The notes under the pieces: generated by a model
What the model saw: the letters and a program-made list of their open reading frames with translations, nothing else
The model's database searches: none
What the model was told of the DNA's origin: nothing
Translations under genes and position numbers: made by a program
Source of the DNA: a virus
Taxonomy: Duplodnaviria; Caudoviricetes
Length of the DNA stretch: 36,567 bases
Reading direction: 5' to 3' (one strand)
Virus record (IMG/VR): IMGVR_UViG_3300033566_000019
Coordinates: 1-36,567 of that record
In this document: in pieces, positions 35,442-36,567 of the stretch
How positions within the stretch are numbered: position 1 is the first letter of the stretch
How the letters are laid out: each line of letters begins with the position of its first letter

Positions 35442-35463
35442 GGCCGATGTCAGGTGAATGTCA
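35424..35463. promoter_or_regulatory. candidate operator array: CGTGACA-N5-TGTCACG palindrome plus phased TGTCA repeats
   Basis: Inverted arms at 35424-35430 and 35436-35442. TGTCA at 35436, 35448 and 35459. Confidence 0.5.
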
Positions 35464-35616
35464 GCTAACCAGCCTGCCTGGATCCACGCGCTCGACGAGA
35501 GCCATGACGCGACCGTCTTCGCGGCGCAGTAGCATCGGCTCCTCTTCGCGGTCGTCGCGTGTCGGGCGCCTCGTCAGCGCGAGGCCGGCGGGGATGTGTT
35601 CTTCGAGGTGGTTCAT
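35461..35616 (-). CDS. small hypothetical protein (MNHLEEHIPAG..., 51 aa)
   Basis: AAGGAG 7 nt upstream of ATG 35616, preferred over the ORF-track GTG at 35691. Confidence 0.55.
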   Translation of the reverse strand: MNHLEEHIPAGLALTRRPTRDDREEEPMLLRREDGRVMALVERVDPGRLVS

Positions 35617-35639
35617 TGGTTCGCTCCTTGGCTCATCCA

Positions 35640-35692
35640 ATGATAATGCCGATTGCGGACGTTTCACGGCCTGTTTCACGCGCTTTCTCACG
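35640..35692 (-). promoter_or_regulatory. candidate sigma70-like promoter (-35 GTGAAA, 16 nt, -10 TATCAT) with three 12-bp-spaced CGTGA(A/G)A repeats
   Basis: -10 at 35645-35640 and -35 at 35667-35662. Locally AT-rich gap upstream of the morphogenesis operon. Confidence 0.4.
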
Positions 35693-36053
35693 CGGCCACC
35701 TCCTCGGGCGTCCCGATGGAGATCTCAACTCCCCAGGCCGCGCCACGGCGCTGGGCGTACCGCCACTCGATGCGGTCGCTGCCGTCGTCGATGCCGAGCG
35801 CGTCGGCCACCCCGTCGCGGATGGCCTTCATCGAGGCTTGCAGGTTGTCGCCGTCGAGGCCTTGGCGGATGCCGATGCGCGTGAGGGTCACGACCAGGCG
35901 GCCGGGGAGTGTTCCCTTGGCGTGCGCGATGTGACCGGCGACGACGAGCGCCGTGGTGTTGCGTTGCTCCTTCACCCGGCGTGCTCGCTTGGCCCAGTGC
36001 TCGCGGGTGTTCATCGCGCTGACGGTGCGGATGGGCAGGGTCACGAGGATCAT
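35688..36053 (-). CDS. RusA-like Holliday junction resolvase
   Basis: LP..TVS.N...HW, LDGDNL..SMKAIRD...DAL.IDD. ATGA-coupled start at 36053. Confidence 0.75.
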   Translation of the reverse strand: MILVTLPIRTVSAMNTREHWAKRARRVKEQRNTTALVVAGHIAHAKGTLPGRLVVTLTRIGIRQGLDGDNLQASMKAIRDGVADALGIDDGSDRIEWRYAQRRGAAWGVEISIGTPEEVAA

Positions 36054-36403
36054 CGTCCGTTGGTCTCCACGCGGTGCCTTGCCTTCTCGCGCATGCGTCG
36101 CTCGGCCTCGGAGCATGAGCCGCAGAGGCCGTAGAAGACCATGCCGCCGACGCCTTCTTTGCGCAGGACGGTGCCGCGGCAGAACAGCCGCGCATCGCCC
36201 CGGCCGTCGTCGGGCATGTCGCGCCGAGGCGTGACGAAGTGCTCGCCGGCCGAGACCATGGCGTCGTACTCGTCGCGGGTGATCACGAGCTGGCCGCCGG
36301 GACAGTCGCCGTGACTCGGCCTCGAGGCGCCGCCCTTTGCGATCTTCGCCAGGTCGAATCCGAGCCCCTTCGGGGCAATGTCGCTGCGGTCGCCGTCGCT
36401 CAT
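36050..36403 (-). CDS. hypothetical Cys-containing protein (MSDGDRSD...)
   Basis: ATGA coupling on both sides. C...C...CGSC. Confidence 0.65.
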   Translation of the reverse strand: MSDGDRSDIAPKGLGFDLAKIAKGGASRPSHGDCPGGQLVITRDEYDAMVSAGEHFVTPRRDMPDDGRGDARLFCRGTVLRKEGVGGMVFYGLCGSCSEAERRMREKARHRVETNGR

Positions 36404-36567
36404 TCGGTCACCGCGCACATGCGCCGAATGAGATCGACCGCGGACGCGTTGCTCGCATCGCGCGATGCGAGCAGCCTCGAACGACGGTAGGCGTCGGCGG
36501 CGGCGGCGGCGGCGGCGTAGGCGGCGTCGGCGGCGGCGTAGGCGGCGGCGTCGGCGGCGGCGTAGGC
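36400..36567 (-). CDS. C-terminal part of an Ala-rich repeat protein (AYAAADAAAYAAAD...RRMCAVTE*), truncated by the window edge
   Basis: GCC/TAC/GAC codon repeat at 36488-36567. TGA at 36402-36400 overlaps the next ATG. Confidence 0.7.
   Translation of the reverse strand, partial: AYAAADAAAYAAADAAYAAAAAAADAYRRSRLLASRDASNASAVDLIRRMCAVTE

Noticed and set aside
1-36567. Integrase, att sites, tRNA/rRNA genes, IS elements, genome termini
   Set aside because: None recognisable by eye. Both window ends fall inside genes, so lifestyle and termini cannot be determined.

Overview
High-GC (about 70% by eye) segment of a tailed dsDNA phage or prophage with podovirus-like (P22/T7-type) virion architecture. 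A Myxococcota-like host is a guess from GC content and gene style only. Two arms converge at about 6090-6098. The plus-strand arm (1-6090) is a chain of translationally coupled genes: a Cas4-like PD-(D/E)XK nuclease, a PAPS-reductase-family protein, a CPCC Cys-rich protein and many small hypotheticals. The minus-strand arm (36567 to 6098) runs: RusA-like resolvase, candidate promoter/operator region, GNAT-like protein, GroES, TerS, TerL, polytopic membrane protein plus GT2 glycosyltransferase, portal, scaffold, major capsid, head/adaptor proteins, tail nozzle, three internal (ejection) proteins, tail fibre, LamG-like protein, metzincin lipoprotein, membrane/lipoproteins, GH73-like endolysin, and a terminal bead-plus-22-aa-repeat fibre module. 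The most striking signal is in the first ejection protein (20818-18254). It carries seven S-D-x-x-x-K motifs (7 of its 8 SD dipeptides), which match the peptidase S74 autocleavage signature, ahead of a single C-terminal S74-like body. This suggests a self-processing polyprotein. The same gene has an in-frame amber codon near its 5' end. All calls come from motif reading and synteny; no database searches were run.
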